The translations under genes were made by a program, and so were the position numbers. 32,000 bases of DNA. Source: Methanobacteriota archaeon (GTDB lineage: Archaea > Halobacteriota > Bog-38 > Methanoflorentales > Methanoflorentaceae). Location of the stretch: NCBI GenBank assembly GCA_963720465.1, contig OY970393.1:1434234-1466233 (forward strand), given 5' to 3'. Positions 18,622 through 27,168 of the stretch are shown here, piece by piece. Each line of letters opens with the position of its first letter. The first letter of the stretch is position 1. The notes beneath the pieces are model-generated. The model made no database searches. It saw only the letters and a program-made list of their open reading frames with translations, and was not told the DNA's origin.

Positions 18622-18921
18622 ATGCTAGAAATTACGGTGCACGAGATCCGAGGGACGTGCCCAGTGCATTCCGTTGGGGATCGTATCATCATTGACGGGC
18701 CCAATATCGTAGTTGCAGAAAGCGACGCGCTTTGTACCCACGCGCTCTCGACCCTCCTCCATTATACGACGATCCTCGAACACACCTGGTGCCCCGTTGC
18801 CCTTGGCTTGACGACGTCTGAAGACCCCGCGCACGCCTACATGCAGTGCGTCGATCCGGGGCCGCCGTACACCGAAGGGGGCACGGTCATCTTCCGGTGC
18901 CGTAAAATAGTGCGTGAATAA
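18622..18921 (+). CDS. Small Cys-rich protein, TIGR04076-family-like (function unknown)
   Basis: The 99-aa sequence MLEITVHEIRGTCPVHSVGDRIIIDGPNIVV..SDALCTHALSTLLHY...YMQCVDPGPPYTEGGTVIFRCRK matches my recollection of the TIGR04076 pattern (C-P-V..GD....G, C.HAL, QC.DPG.PYT.GGTV.F.C). Confidence 0.65.
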   Translation: MLEITVHEIRGTCPVHSVGDRIIIDGPNIVVAESDALCTHALSTLLHYTTILEHTWCPVALGLTTSEDPAHAYMQCVDPGPPYTEGGTVIFRCRKIVRE

Positions 18922-19314
18922 GAACAGCCGAACACACGGCGCCGGTAACCACATCCTAATAGACCGGTGAGCCACAACGACGTCTGCACGTCAGGAGGGC
19001 TCGGATGGCCAAGTTGGCTGCGAGCGTGCTCTACGTCTGCTACGCCCAGCGCAGCGAGGAGCGCAGAAACTGATGACCGCTCAGGGCGGCAGTTCACGCT
19101 TTACGTTGGAGCTTTTAGGCGGATTGCACGTCAGGGAGAAAGCCTTCGGTTTGCCGTCGTTTCTGCGCCACAGCACGACCAGGATCCGCGACCCAGCCGT
19201 TTTCCACCCGCCTCTTTTTTTTTCCAGCATTTCCTCGACTAATTACGGCGTCGCGCTCGCCCGCAAAAAACATGGCAAGGGCCTATGTAGGGGGGCGAAC
19301 GTATACGGTGCGTG

Positions 19315-19341
19315 TGGATGACGTCGATTACACGTCATCCA
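19315..19341 (+). promoter_or_regulatory. Perfect 10-bp inverted repeat (TGGATGACGT-N7-ACGTCATCCA) just upstream of acs
   Basis: The arms are at 19315-19324 and 19332-19341, 31 nt upstream of the proposed GTG start at 19372. It could be an operator or a leader hairpin. Confidence 0.3.
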
Positions 19342-19371
19342 ACTCACCAAGCGGTGAAACAGGTGATCCAG

Positions 19372-21288
19372 GTGGCTACCGAAGAGGAGGAGACAACCTC
19401 AGTCCTTTTGCACGAGAGACGGGTGTTTCGCCCGAGCGCAGCGGTCGTCGAGGCGGCGCGCGTGAAAGACTGGGAAGCTGAACTGAGAGCGGGACAGGAC
19501 ATCGAGGCGTACTGGGCGGCGAAGGCGCGGCAGTTTGAATGGTTCGCGCCGTGGACACAGGTCCTCGACGCACGCGAGGCGCCTTTTTACAAATGGTTCG
19601 TTGGCGGCAGGACAAATATCACGCACAACGCAGTGGATAGGCACCTCGCCACCGAACGTCGCGACCGCGTCGCGCTCCTCTACATTAACGAACGCGGAGA
19701 GGAAAACAAGGTCACCTATTCCGAGCTCGCGAGCGAGGTGAATAAGATGGCGAACGCGCTCAAGAAGCTCGGCGTGCGAAAAGGGGACCGTGTGGCGATG
19801 TACCTTCCGCCGTGCGTCGAGGCTGCCGTATCAATGCTCGCGTGCGCGAAGATCGGGGCTGTGCACAGTGTCGTGTATGCTGGCTTTAGTGTGCGAGCGC
19901 TGGCTGACCGAATTCACGACGCGAACGCCGAGATCCTTATTACCGCGGACGGCACGTTCCGCCGGGGAAAGGTAATCGACCTAAAAAGCGTGGCAGATGA
20001 AGCTGTCGGCGCAAGCCCAAGCATCAAAACGACGGTAGTAGTGCGGCACGCGGGTAACCCGGTGATCTCTGAACCCATTGGGGGAGAGATTCTTTACGAT
20101 GAGCTCATCGACGGAGCGAACACCGAATGCGCTGCTGAACCTATGGACGCAGAGGATGCGCTCTTTATCCTCTACACGTCCGGGAGCACGGGGATGCCAA
20201 AAGGCGTCGTTCACACGACCGGGGGCTATATGGTTGCGACGGCTACCGCGTTACAAACCGTATTTGACATACACGACGATGACGTGTGGTGGTGCACTGC
20301 TGACGTCGGATGGATAACGGGCCACAGCTACTGCGTCTACGCACCGTTGCTCGCCGGCACCACGAGCCTCATCTACGAGGGCGCGCCTGACTATCCCGAA
20401 CCGGACGCCCTGTGGCGAGTGGTAGAACGCAACGCGGTCACGAAGTTTTATACCGCACCGACCACCATCCGCCACCTCATGCGTTTCGGGGAGAAATGGC
20501 CGCAGGGTTGCGACCTAAGCTCTCTCAAGATTCTCGGCACGGTCGGAGAGCCGATCAACCCGGAGGCATGGGTCTGGTACTACGAACACGTCGGCGGGTT
20601 GCGCTGTCCGATCATGGACACATGGTGGCAGACGGAAACCGGCTGCTTCATGATCTCACCACTCCCTGTATCGGCGCTCAAACCAGGGTCGGCCACGAAA
20701 CCTCTCCCGGGCATCCAAGCGGATGTCATGGACTTGGACGGGAAGCCCGTGCCGCCAGGGCGCGGCGGGCTGCTCGTTATAACGACGCCGTGGCCGTCGA
20801 TGCTCCGCACGTTGTACAACAACCCAGAACGGTACAAAAAGACCTACTGGGAGCAGATACCGGGGGGCATCTACGTGTCAGGAGACATCGCACGCAAAGA
20901 CGAAGACGGCTACTTCTGGATACAGGGGCGGGCCGACGACGTCCTGAAGATCGCTGGGCACCGCATCGGCACCAGCGAGATCGAATCAGCGTTTGTGAGC
21001 CACCGTGCGGTGTCGGAGGCAGCCGTGATCGGCAAACCCGACCCCATCAGAGGGGAGGTCATAAAAGCGTTTATTATCCTCAAAGAGGGCTACGCGGAGA
21101 CTCCAGAACTTATCGTCGAGCTTAAAAAACACGTACGGCACGAGCTCGGGCCCATTGCCGTCATAGGAGAGATCGCCTTTACCGCCACGCTCCCGAAGAC
21201 GCGCAGCGGGAAGATCATGCGAAGGGTGCTCAAGGCGCGGGAACTCGGCATCGACGAAGGGGACGTGTCGACGCTTATTGAAACGTAA
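19372..21288 (+). CDS. acs: Acetyl-CoA synthetase (AMP-forming)
   Basis: Motifs [77 protein letters not shown]. The ORF opens at 19312. GTG 19372 is preceded by AGGTGATCC and yields an N-terminus ([21 protein letters not shown]) of the length usual for archaeal Acs. Confidence 0.95.
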   Translation: MATEEEETTSVLLHERRVFRPSAAVVEAARVKDWEAELRAGQDIEAYWAAKARQFEWFAPWTQVLDAREAPFYKWFVGGRTNITHNAVDRHLATERRDRVALLYINERGEENKVTYSELASEVNKMANALKKLGVRKGDRVAMYLPPCVEAAVSMLACAKIGAVHSVVYAGFSVRALADRIHDANAEILITADGTFRRGKVIDLKSVADEAVGASPSIKTTVVVRHAGNPVISEPIGGEILYDELIDGANTECAAEPMDAEDALFILYTSGSTGMPKGVVHTTGGYMVATATALQTVFDIHDDDVWWCTADVGWITGHSYCVYAPLLAGTTSLIYEGAPDYPEPDALWRVVERNAVTKFYTAPTTIRHLMRFGEKWPQGCDLSSLKILGTVGEPINPEAWVWYYEHVGGLRCPIMDTWWQTETGCFMISPLPVSALKPGSATKPLPGIQADVMDLDGKPVPPGRGGLLVITTPWPSMLRTLYNNPERYKKTYWEQIPGGIYVSGDIARKDEDGYFWIQGRADDVLKIAGHRIGTSEIESAFVSHRAVSEAAVIGKPDPIRGEVIKAFIILKEGYAETPELIVELKKHVRHELGPIAVIGEIAFTATLPKTRSGKIMRRVLKARELGIDEGDVSTLIET

Positions 21289-21383
21289 CGTATCCACGCT
21301 GCGGCGGCTGGCAGCGTACCCTCGCAGGTCGGTACCGTTCAAAGGTTCGACGTACTAACCTTGGATCCGTCATCGCGCCTAGG

Positions 21384-21665
21384 TTAGTAGGCGTAATTGG
21401 GTTCCGTCCATCCATAGGCGTTGTGAAGAGTCATCCACGTCCGAATCTTCGCTATTATTAGATACAGATGATTTCTCGCCCGTTCCGATATCGCGCCGTC
21501 GAATGCTCTTTCCTGGAGGTACTGAAACGCCTCGCCGCTGCGCGAGCATGCCTGCATCAGTTTTTCGGCAGCGTTCTCAGCGTGCGCGCCGTGCACATCG
21601 CCGAGCTCAGAGATGAGCGCATCCACTTCGGCTAGATTCCTTAGCATCGCACACAAGGTAGCCAT
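21384..21665 (-). CDS. Hypothetical protein (93 aa, helical)
   Basis: ATG-initiated ORF convergent with acs. Its composition is protein-like (…LISELGDVHGAHAENAAEKLMQACSRSGEAFQYLQERAF…). I recognise no family and the RBS is weak. Confidence 0.45.
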   Translation of the reverse strand: MATLCAMLRNLAEVDALISELGDVHGAHAENAAEKLMQACSRSGEAFQYLQERAFDGAISERARNHLYLIIAKIRTWMTLHNAYGWTEPNYAY

Positions 21666-21850
21666 CCCCTAGAATAACGGTTTGGCAAGAGTAGCGCGAA
21701 AGTAATCGCGCCACTTTTTGTATTCCACGAGCGCATATCCCACGCGGGAACGCTGGAGTCAGAGATCGCAACAATCTACCGGAGAGCGAAAGCGCGAACG
21801 CGTTGATCAAGCAATTCGCAGCAACAACGAACGAAGGCACTGCCGGCGTG

Positions 21851-22081
21851 CTATGACGAATCCATCGTGATGAGATATCGTTTGACGAACTGGGCTGCTT
21901 CGTCATCTCGCGGTTCAAAAAGGATTCCTTGATCGTTGGGAAACGGAACGCGGTGATCGTGTTCCCAAGAAAGTATAGCAGGGGGTATACCGTCGGGGTA
22001 GGCCTCACACGTTGCCTGGGGGAAACTCACCTCGCGAAAGTGCTTGCATAGCGTACAAATTGGAGTCATTAACAGCGTCAT
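21851..22081 (-). CDS. Small conserved hypothetical protein with Cys motif (C-x2-C ... C-E-A-Y-P-D-G-I-P)
   Basis: MTLLMTPICTLCKHFREVSFPQATCEAYPDGIPPAILSWEHDHRVPFPNDQGILFEP resembles a widespread small-protein pattern (C..C.HF...C.AFP.GIP....DH..P..GD.GI.FE). The ORF extends to 22168, but the ATG at 22081 has GTGATGG just upstream. Confidence 0.55.
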   Translation of the reverse strand: MTLLMTPICTLCKHFREVSFPQATCEAYPDGIPPAILSWEHDHRVPFPNDQGILFEPRDDEAAQFVKRYLITMDSS

Positions 22082-22275
22082 GCCATCACGCCATGACGTT
22101 GCTCGCTCGCTTAAACGTATTCCTACCGTGTCGTCGAAGCAGCCCCCACCGTGATTGGGGACCGTCATCAGCTCGTGCGCAGCGCACTGAGTATGAACTT
22201 GCGCTCGGCCAGAAGCGAAGGAGTCCGACTCCAGTTTTTTATAGAGCGGAGGCGTATAGGGCAGCAGGTGTTACC

Positions 22276-22806
22276 GTGACCAATCTATGGAAATCGCTTC
22301 CTGTTGGACCTGACCCGCCAGAAGTCGTTTACGCGCTGATCGAGGTCCCAAAAGGGTCCCAGAACAAATACGAATATGATAAAGATCTCGGGATCTTTGC
22401 CATTGACCGGGTGCTCTATTCACCGGTGCAGTACCCGACTGATTATGGACTCATCCCGCAGACGTATTACGACGACGGTGATCCCCTGGACGTCATGGTT
22501 CTGATGGATGAACCAACCTTTTCAGGATGCCTCATTGCTGTGCGGCCCATCGGCTTAATGCGGATGATTGACAGTGGGGACAACGATGACAAGGTCTTGG
22601 CCGTACCCGATAAAGATCCGATGTACGCAGAAGTCACCGACATACGCGATCTGCCCCCACACAAAATGCGAGCTATTGGACACTTCTTCACGGTCTACAA
22701 GCAGCTTGAGGGCAAAAAAACCGATGTGACTGGTTGGGAAGGAGCTGAAAGCGCCAAAAACGCAATAATGCATTCAATTAAGCTCTACAACGACAAATTT
22801 GGCTGA
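22276..22806 (+). CDS. ppa: Inorganic pyrophosphatase, family I
   Basis: IEVPKGSQNKYEYDKD...IDRVLYSP..YPTDYGLIPQT...DGDPLDVMVL...IGLMRMIDSGDNDDKVLAV is the canonical soluble PPase signature. GTG 22276 is preceded by AGGTG 5 nt upstream and gives the usual ~176 aa. The ORF upstream to 22012 is not PPase-like. Confidence 0.95.
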   Translation: MTNLWKSLPVGPDPPEVVYALIEVPKGSQNKYEYDKDLGIFAIDRVLYSPVQYPTDYGLIPQTYYDDGDPLDVMVLMDEPTFSGCLIAVRPIGLMRMIDSGDNDDKVLAVPDKDPMYAEVTDIRDLPPHKMRAIGHFFTVYKQLEGKKTDVTGWEGAESAKNAIMHSIKLYNDKFG

Positions 22807-22824
22807 TTAAGCGCGCTGCCGGTC

Positions 22825-22830
22825 TTTTTT
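22825..22830 (+). terminator. Oligo-T tract (T6) directly after ppa
   Basis: TTTTTT lies 19 nt after the ppa stop codon. Archaeal termination commonly occurs at such tracts. Confidence 0.35.
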
Positions 22831-23054
22831 GCTGATGAGGGAGGCCATGCGTCTCACGAGTGTGATAACGCCGATGGCTTTTCCGCTCTCGTCGCGACCC
22901 TGCTCGCCGGCGGAGCGCCCGACGCCCCGTGGGCAACACTCGGTGGACTTGACGCCACGGGCGTGGGCCTCTCCGCCATCGACGCGCTCCGCGCGGCACG
23001 CCTCGTACCGATGCCCGTGGTGATCGGCGAGACGACGTTTCCTACGGGAACGGC

Positions 23055-23744
23055 TTGTACCGCGCCCCAAAGCGTGACCTCGCACTCGCGTTGCGCGCTC
23101 GCGTCGCCGTTGTCGTGGGAAGTGGACACGAAGCGGCGCGGCTGATCCAAGACGACGAATGGAACACATCCGAGAGGCTCATACAGCTGCCAAATGACCC
23201 GCTTTCGGCACAGGTGTTCATCGGCTCAACCGAGCAAACGCTCCCCACAGCCCTACGCGAGCGCATCGCACAGGAGATCCACGACATCTATCGCCACCGC
23301 TACACGCTCACCCAGAGCCAGGAACCATCGCTCGCCGAATGGGACAAGCTCGTCGACCACCTGAAACAATCCAACAGGGCGCAGGCAGATTATATCGCGC
23401 GAAAACTGAGCGCCGCTGGCTATACCGTTCGGAAGGCACGTAACGCAACCGTGACACCGCGGCAATTCACGTCAGCCGAGGTGGAAATCATAGCGGAGCT
23501 TGAGCACGCCCGCTGGAACGTGGAACGGCTCCTTGACGGGTGGAAATGGGGGCCGATAAAGGACGTGACGAAGAAGATAAGCCCGTACATCCTCCCCTGG
23601 TCAGCGCTTCCCGAAGAGATGAAGGAGGTCGACCGAGACGTGGTGCGTGACATACCGCACTTGCTTGCCGAGGTGGGAATGGAGATCGTTCGAATGCCCG
23701 CCACCAAGCGCAACCCCTCGCGTCGAAAGCCTACTCCCACGTGA
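23055..23744 (+). CDS. RyR (ryanodine-receptor repeat) domain protein; 5' boundary uncertain
   Basis: AELEHARWNVERLLDGWKWGPIKDVTKKISPYILPWSALPEEMKEVDRDVVRDIPHLLAEVGMEIV is a clear RyR-domain signature. It is preceded by IAQEIHDIYRHRY...WDKLVDHLKQSNRAQADYIARKLSAAGY. The only start in frame is TTG 23055, and coding-like sequence continues upstream in another frame. Confidence 0.8.
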   Translation: MYRAPKRDLALALRARVAVVVGSGHEAARLIQDDEWNTSERLIQLPNDPLSAQVFIGSTEQTLPTALRERIAQEIHDIYRHRYTLTQSQEPSLAEWDKLVDHLKQSNRAQADYIARKLSAAGYTVRKARNATVTPRQFTSAEVEIIAELEHARWNVERLLDGWKWGPIKDVTKKISPYILPWSALPEEMKEVDRDVVRDIPHLLAEVGMEIVRMPATKRNPSRRKPTPT

Positions 23745-24068
23745 CACCGCGTTTGGACGAGGAGCACGGCCGAGTCACGCGCGGTTCTGCACGACGCTGA
23801 CATCACACGAATGTCTGCAAGCGCATAACGAACGGGATGCCCAGCCTAAGAATGATATCCGGGAGAGTTCCTGCTTTCTGGTTGAGATCTGCACCCAACG
23901 CAAACTACGCGATGAGTGGGAGAATCAAGCACGAACATTTACGAACGCTTGACCGTCAAATTAAAATGATAGCACCAACAAAATAGTCGCTGGATCATAG
24001 ACCGTGATTCCAGACCTGTGCTCTGCTGTCACCTTTGCTGCAACAGAGCGCAGATCTGCAGCACAGTC

Positions 24069-24101
24069 CCCGAGCCTAAAACGGCTCGGGCTCTCTTTTT
24101 T
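24069..24101 (+). terminator. GC-rich hairpin followed by a T-run (intrinsic-terminator-like)
   Basis: CCCGAGCC (24069-24076), loop TAAAAC, GGCTCGGG (24083-24090), then CTCTC and T6 (24096-24101). There is no CDS nearby, so it may end a small RNA or a long 3' UTR. Confidence 0.4.
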
Positions 24102-25464
24102 GGGTCTAAGAGCGTAATAAAACATCGTGAATACTGATAGTTAAATATTTTGATTTAGTCTGATTGTCAAAGCCTTTTTTTAAGTACGTATCTGCCAATA
24201 TGATGGAGGAGGCAATCGTCGTATAACCGCGAAGCACGAACGTGCATGCCCCAAAAAGCGCGCTGTTTGCCCGTGGAGTGGAAAGTATTTCTACAAACTG
24301 CTGCGTCGATCGATCCGCGAGTTCGTGACATTCTTAAGCTCCCCTAGCCTTAAGGTGCGGCACGGTACTCAAACGCAACCCTGAGCTTGGCTCCGCAGTT
24401 TGATCGTGAAAGATAATGCTGCAGACTTTACCGCTTACAATCAGTGTCTTTTTGCCACCGACCCGCATAGCGTTGGCAGTGAGACGACGACAGAGCAATA
24501 GCTAAACGCCTGAGCTGCTCCTACGCGGGTGGTCGCTCTGAACGAAAAAAAGCGTGTGCTTTCACCGTGTGAGGCAGCTGTTATTGCCCCAGAAATTCAC
24601 GAAAAAGTATTTGAAATCTCTTCGTTCAGCCAAGTACACCAGCACGCCTGTTTTTATTGCTCTTGTGCATAACCCGTTCTCGAGGCATACGAGCTGTGCA
24701 AGTTTTAAACGACCTACTATCGGTGCAATTGTTTTCCAAGCGTGGGCCGTACGGTAACGCTTTTACGAAGCCCATTTTCCCTCTGTTTATCGTGGTCCCA
24801 TCCCATACCGCAGTTGTTGTCAGCGCCCAGAGCTCTTGGCTTCCCGTCGCTTTATGCATCAAACATAGCTGCGCACGGTTTGCACTCGCTCTGGCCTGGG
24901 TGTAAGCATCAAACGACTTTTGGCTAGTTGATGCGAGCACACCAATTCGTGAAGTCCGTTTGAGGACCCGCCTAAGGGCCGTGGTCCCCCGCTTCTTCCT
25001 GTTATCGATACTGGTGGCTTTCGACATCCTGCGTCGCCAAGTACTTTTGGCTTTCAAGCTTTGGGGCACAATGGGCGGCGGCACGACAGTGAATGACTAA
25101 TGGCGCTCACTGAACAAAAAAAGCATCTTCGTTGAGCGAAAGCCTAATGCCTTACAAATAGGTAACTTTCGAAAACAGAAGCTAAGAAATGCCAGTCCTT
25201 AAGAGCAGCGAGGATCACCAAATATGCCCAGCGCAGGTTCAGACGCACACATTAATGCAGGCCGAAAAACGGGACACGGCGTGGTGAAGAAGAGAGTAAG
25301 CGGCACCCTGCGTGGCCCGAGGCATGTCAAATACGCAAGATCGTGTCGTGGGCCTGCTTAATTGCGCGCCTGAACGATCGTGCAACATCTAGCTACCTAG
25401 AGACAACGCAACTGGTATGTTGAGGAACGCCATGCTCTGTCCTAGCTGTTCTTACCTCGCGGCT

Positions 25465-26637
25465 ATGAATCCAAGAGTTACGATTATCACATTGAATTGG
25501 AACGGGTGGCAGGATACCATAGAGTGTTTGGAGTCATTGTACTGTGTTGATTATGACAATTATCACATCATTCTCGTGGACAACGCGTCCACCGATGAGT
25601 CGCTAGCTAAGATAGATGCCTACTGCAGTAACCAGCGAAAGCTCACACCATATTCTGCTGAGCACCTCATCAGAAATAAGCCGACGAGAATCACACATTA
25701 CGGCGAAGTAAGTGCAGAACCAGGAACGGGCCGCGGCGGCGAGGCGGTCCGACTGCAGGCAAATAGTGCGCTCACTGTGATACAAAACGACCAGAACTAC
25801 GGTTTTGCAGAAGGGAACAACATCGCAGTCAAATATGCCTTAGACACCTTACATCCCGATTACGTTTTGTTGCTCAATAATGACACGGTCGTTAACAAAC
25901 ACTTCTTGACGGCACTGGTTAACGCCGCCGAGTGCGATCAACAAATCGGAGTGATGCAGCCCAAGATACTGCGCTATGCTGACTCGACGATCGAGAGCAC
26001 GGGGATCAAAGACGACGTCCTCTTGTACTCGAGATTCAGAGGACTTTTCGAAACAGACGAGGGCCAATACGATAATGAGAGAGAATGCGGGTTCTTTTAT
26101 GCGAGTGGCGCCTGCATGTTCATTAGACTAGACTTCTTGGAAGCGCTGGGGGGTGAGTGCTTCGACCCGCAGCTTTTTGCTTATTATGAAGACGTAGATT
26201 TGTCTTGGATGTCGCGACTCTTGGGTTACAAAGTCGCTTACTGCCCGAAATCAGTTTGTTATCATAAAGGAAGCACAACATTTGGGGTCGGAACTCCCAT
26301 GGTCTTGTACTTGAGTCACAGAAATAGGCTCCGAGTGATGATCAAGAATTATTCACTTAAAACACTTGTTTTCGTTCTGCCTCTCACGATCGTCCTCAAG
26401 GGCTCCTTGTTAACGTATGACTGGATCGTTAACTACGACTCCAGCTACCTCTTTAGCTTCTTAAGAGCACTTAGCTGGAACCTTCTGAATCTTCGAAGCG
26501 CGCTGATCTTGAGAGAGCGTATCCAATCGAAGCGCAAATTGCCCGACCACGAAATCATGAAGTACATGATTCCCTACTCATTCGGAGTACGTTCAGCGCT
26601 AAAAGACCAGCGTAGACGAAAAAAAAGTGAAAACTGA
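25465..26637 (+). CDS. Glycosyltransferase family 2 (rhamnosyltransferase-like), paralogue 2
   Basis: MNPRVTIITLNWNGWQDTIECLESL, IILVDNASTDES, NYGFAEGNNIAVKYAL, LLLNNDTVV, YEDVDLSWM. ATG 25465 is chosen because homology with paralogue 3 starts about 18 nt upstream of it. The ORF opens at 25417. Confidence 0.9.
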   Translation: MNPRVTIITLNWNGWQDTIECLESLYCVDYDNYHIILVDNASTDESLAKIDAYCSNQRKLTPYSAEHLIRNKPTRITHYGEVSAEPGTGRGGEAVRLQANSALTVIQNDQNYGFAEGNNIAVKYALDTLHPDYVLLLNNDTVVNKHFLTALVNAAECDQQIGVMQPKILRYADSTIESTGIKDDVLLYSRFRGLFETDEGQYDNERECGFFYASGACMFIRLDFLEALGGECFDPQLFAYYEDVDLSWMSRLLGYKVAYCPKSVCYHKGSTTFGVGTPMVLYLSHRNRLRVMIKNYSLKTLVFVLPLTIVLKGSLLTYDWIVNYDSSYLFSFLRALSWNLLNLRSALILRERIQSKRKLPDHEIMKYMIPYSFGVRSALKDQRRRKKSEN

Positions 26638-27136
26638 TGGCGGGCTACTTGGTCATCATGGACGCGCCATAACAAGTACAGTGACGCACGTGCGCTCGGT
26701 TACTTCGCTCATGCCGTGTGTGGATCACATATGAAACAAAACCACAAAGCGTCAACGAACTACCTTTTTTAGCTCGTGAATCGGCGCGCTCCAGCTTTTG
26801 CCGCCGTTATCGGCTGTGCATCTTGTTGCGTCGTCGCTTTGGCGCGAGATAGGAGTTACGTGAGGCCGCTCTTGCCTGTTGACGCCGTGTACAATATTGC
26901 TAAAAAACTGCCGCACAAACGCTTCTGATGCTTAAAGCAAAGCTTTAAGACCGCAAATCGCTACAGTTACAGCTTAAATTGACGCCGCAAAATCGCAGGG
27001 AATCCATGAAGATTACCGCTGTGGCATCGTTTCCAAAAAAATGGGATTCAGAGGGCTGCAGAGGAGTTGATTTTTCAAAGCTCTGTGCGACAAATAGGGT
27101 AGAGTCAATTTCAGGTATAACGAGAACAGACAAGCC

Positions 27137-27143
27137 TTTATAA
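27137..27143 (+). promoter_or_regulatory. Candidate TATA box for GT2 paralogue 3 (near-leaderless spacing)
   Basis: TTTATAA is centred about 29 nt upstream of ATG 27169. Confidence 0.4.
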
Positions 27144-27168
27144 GCCCTTGTTCTTACCTCCGCCGGCC

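Noticed and set aside
18997-19030. tRNA-like start GGGCTCGGATGGCCAAGTTGG...
   Set aside because: No D-stem complementarity, anticodon arm or T-arm (GTTCRANYC) follows. I found no T-loop-like motif outside coding sequence anywhere in the window.
19067-19076. CUGAUGA as a C box of a C/D sRNA
   Set aside because: No D box (CUGA) or C'/D' elements lie at the required spacing, and the first base does not fit the RUGAUGA consensus.
19376-21342. Multiple antisense and alternative-frame ORFs inside acs (for example 20412-21125, 20986-21342)
   Set aside because: The acs frame carries unmistakable family signatures along its whole length. The others are typical high-GC shadow ORFs.
22831-22840. CUGAUGAG, the hammerhead-ribozyme core motif, just downstream of ppa
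   Set aside because: There is no matching GAAA/helix III element or cleavage-site context nearby, so the motif alone is uninformative.
22854-23150. 98-aa ATG-initiated minus-strand ORF between ppa and the RyR gene
   Set aside because: It shares its wobble position with the plus-strand open frame, which explains its GC3 bias. Its translation is Ala/Ser/Pro/Arg-rich and looks disordered, whereas the plus-strand reading looks globular. It is not fully excluded.
24626-25084. 152-aa minus-strand ORF and overlapping plus-strand ORFs (24554-24927)
   Set aside because: The translations are highly basic and low-complexity. The ORFs overlap each other, have no RBS or TATA context and show no recognisable motifs. 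I treat them as non-coding pending a database search.
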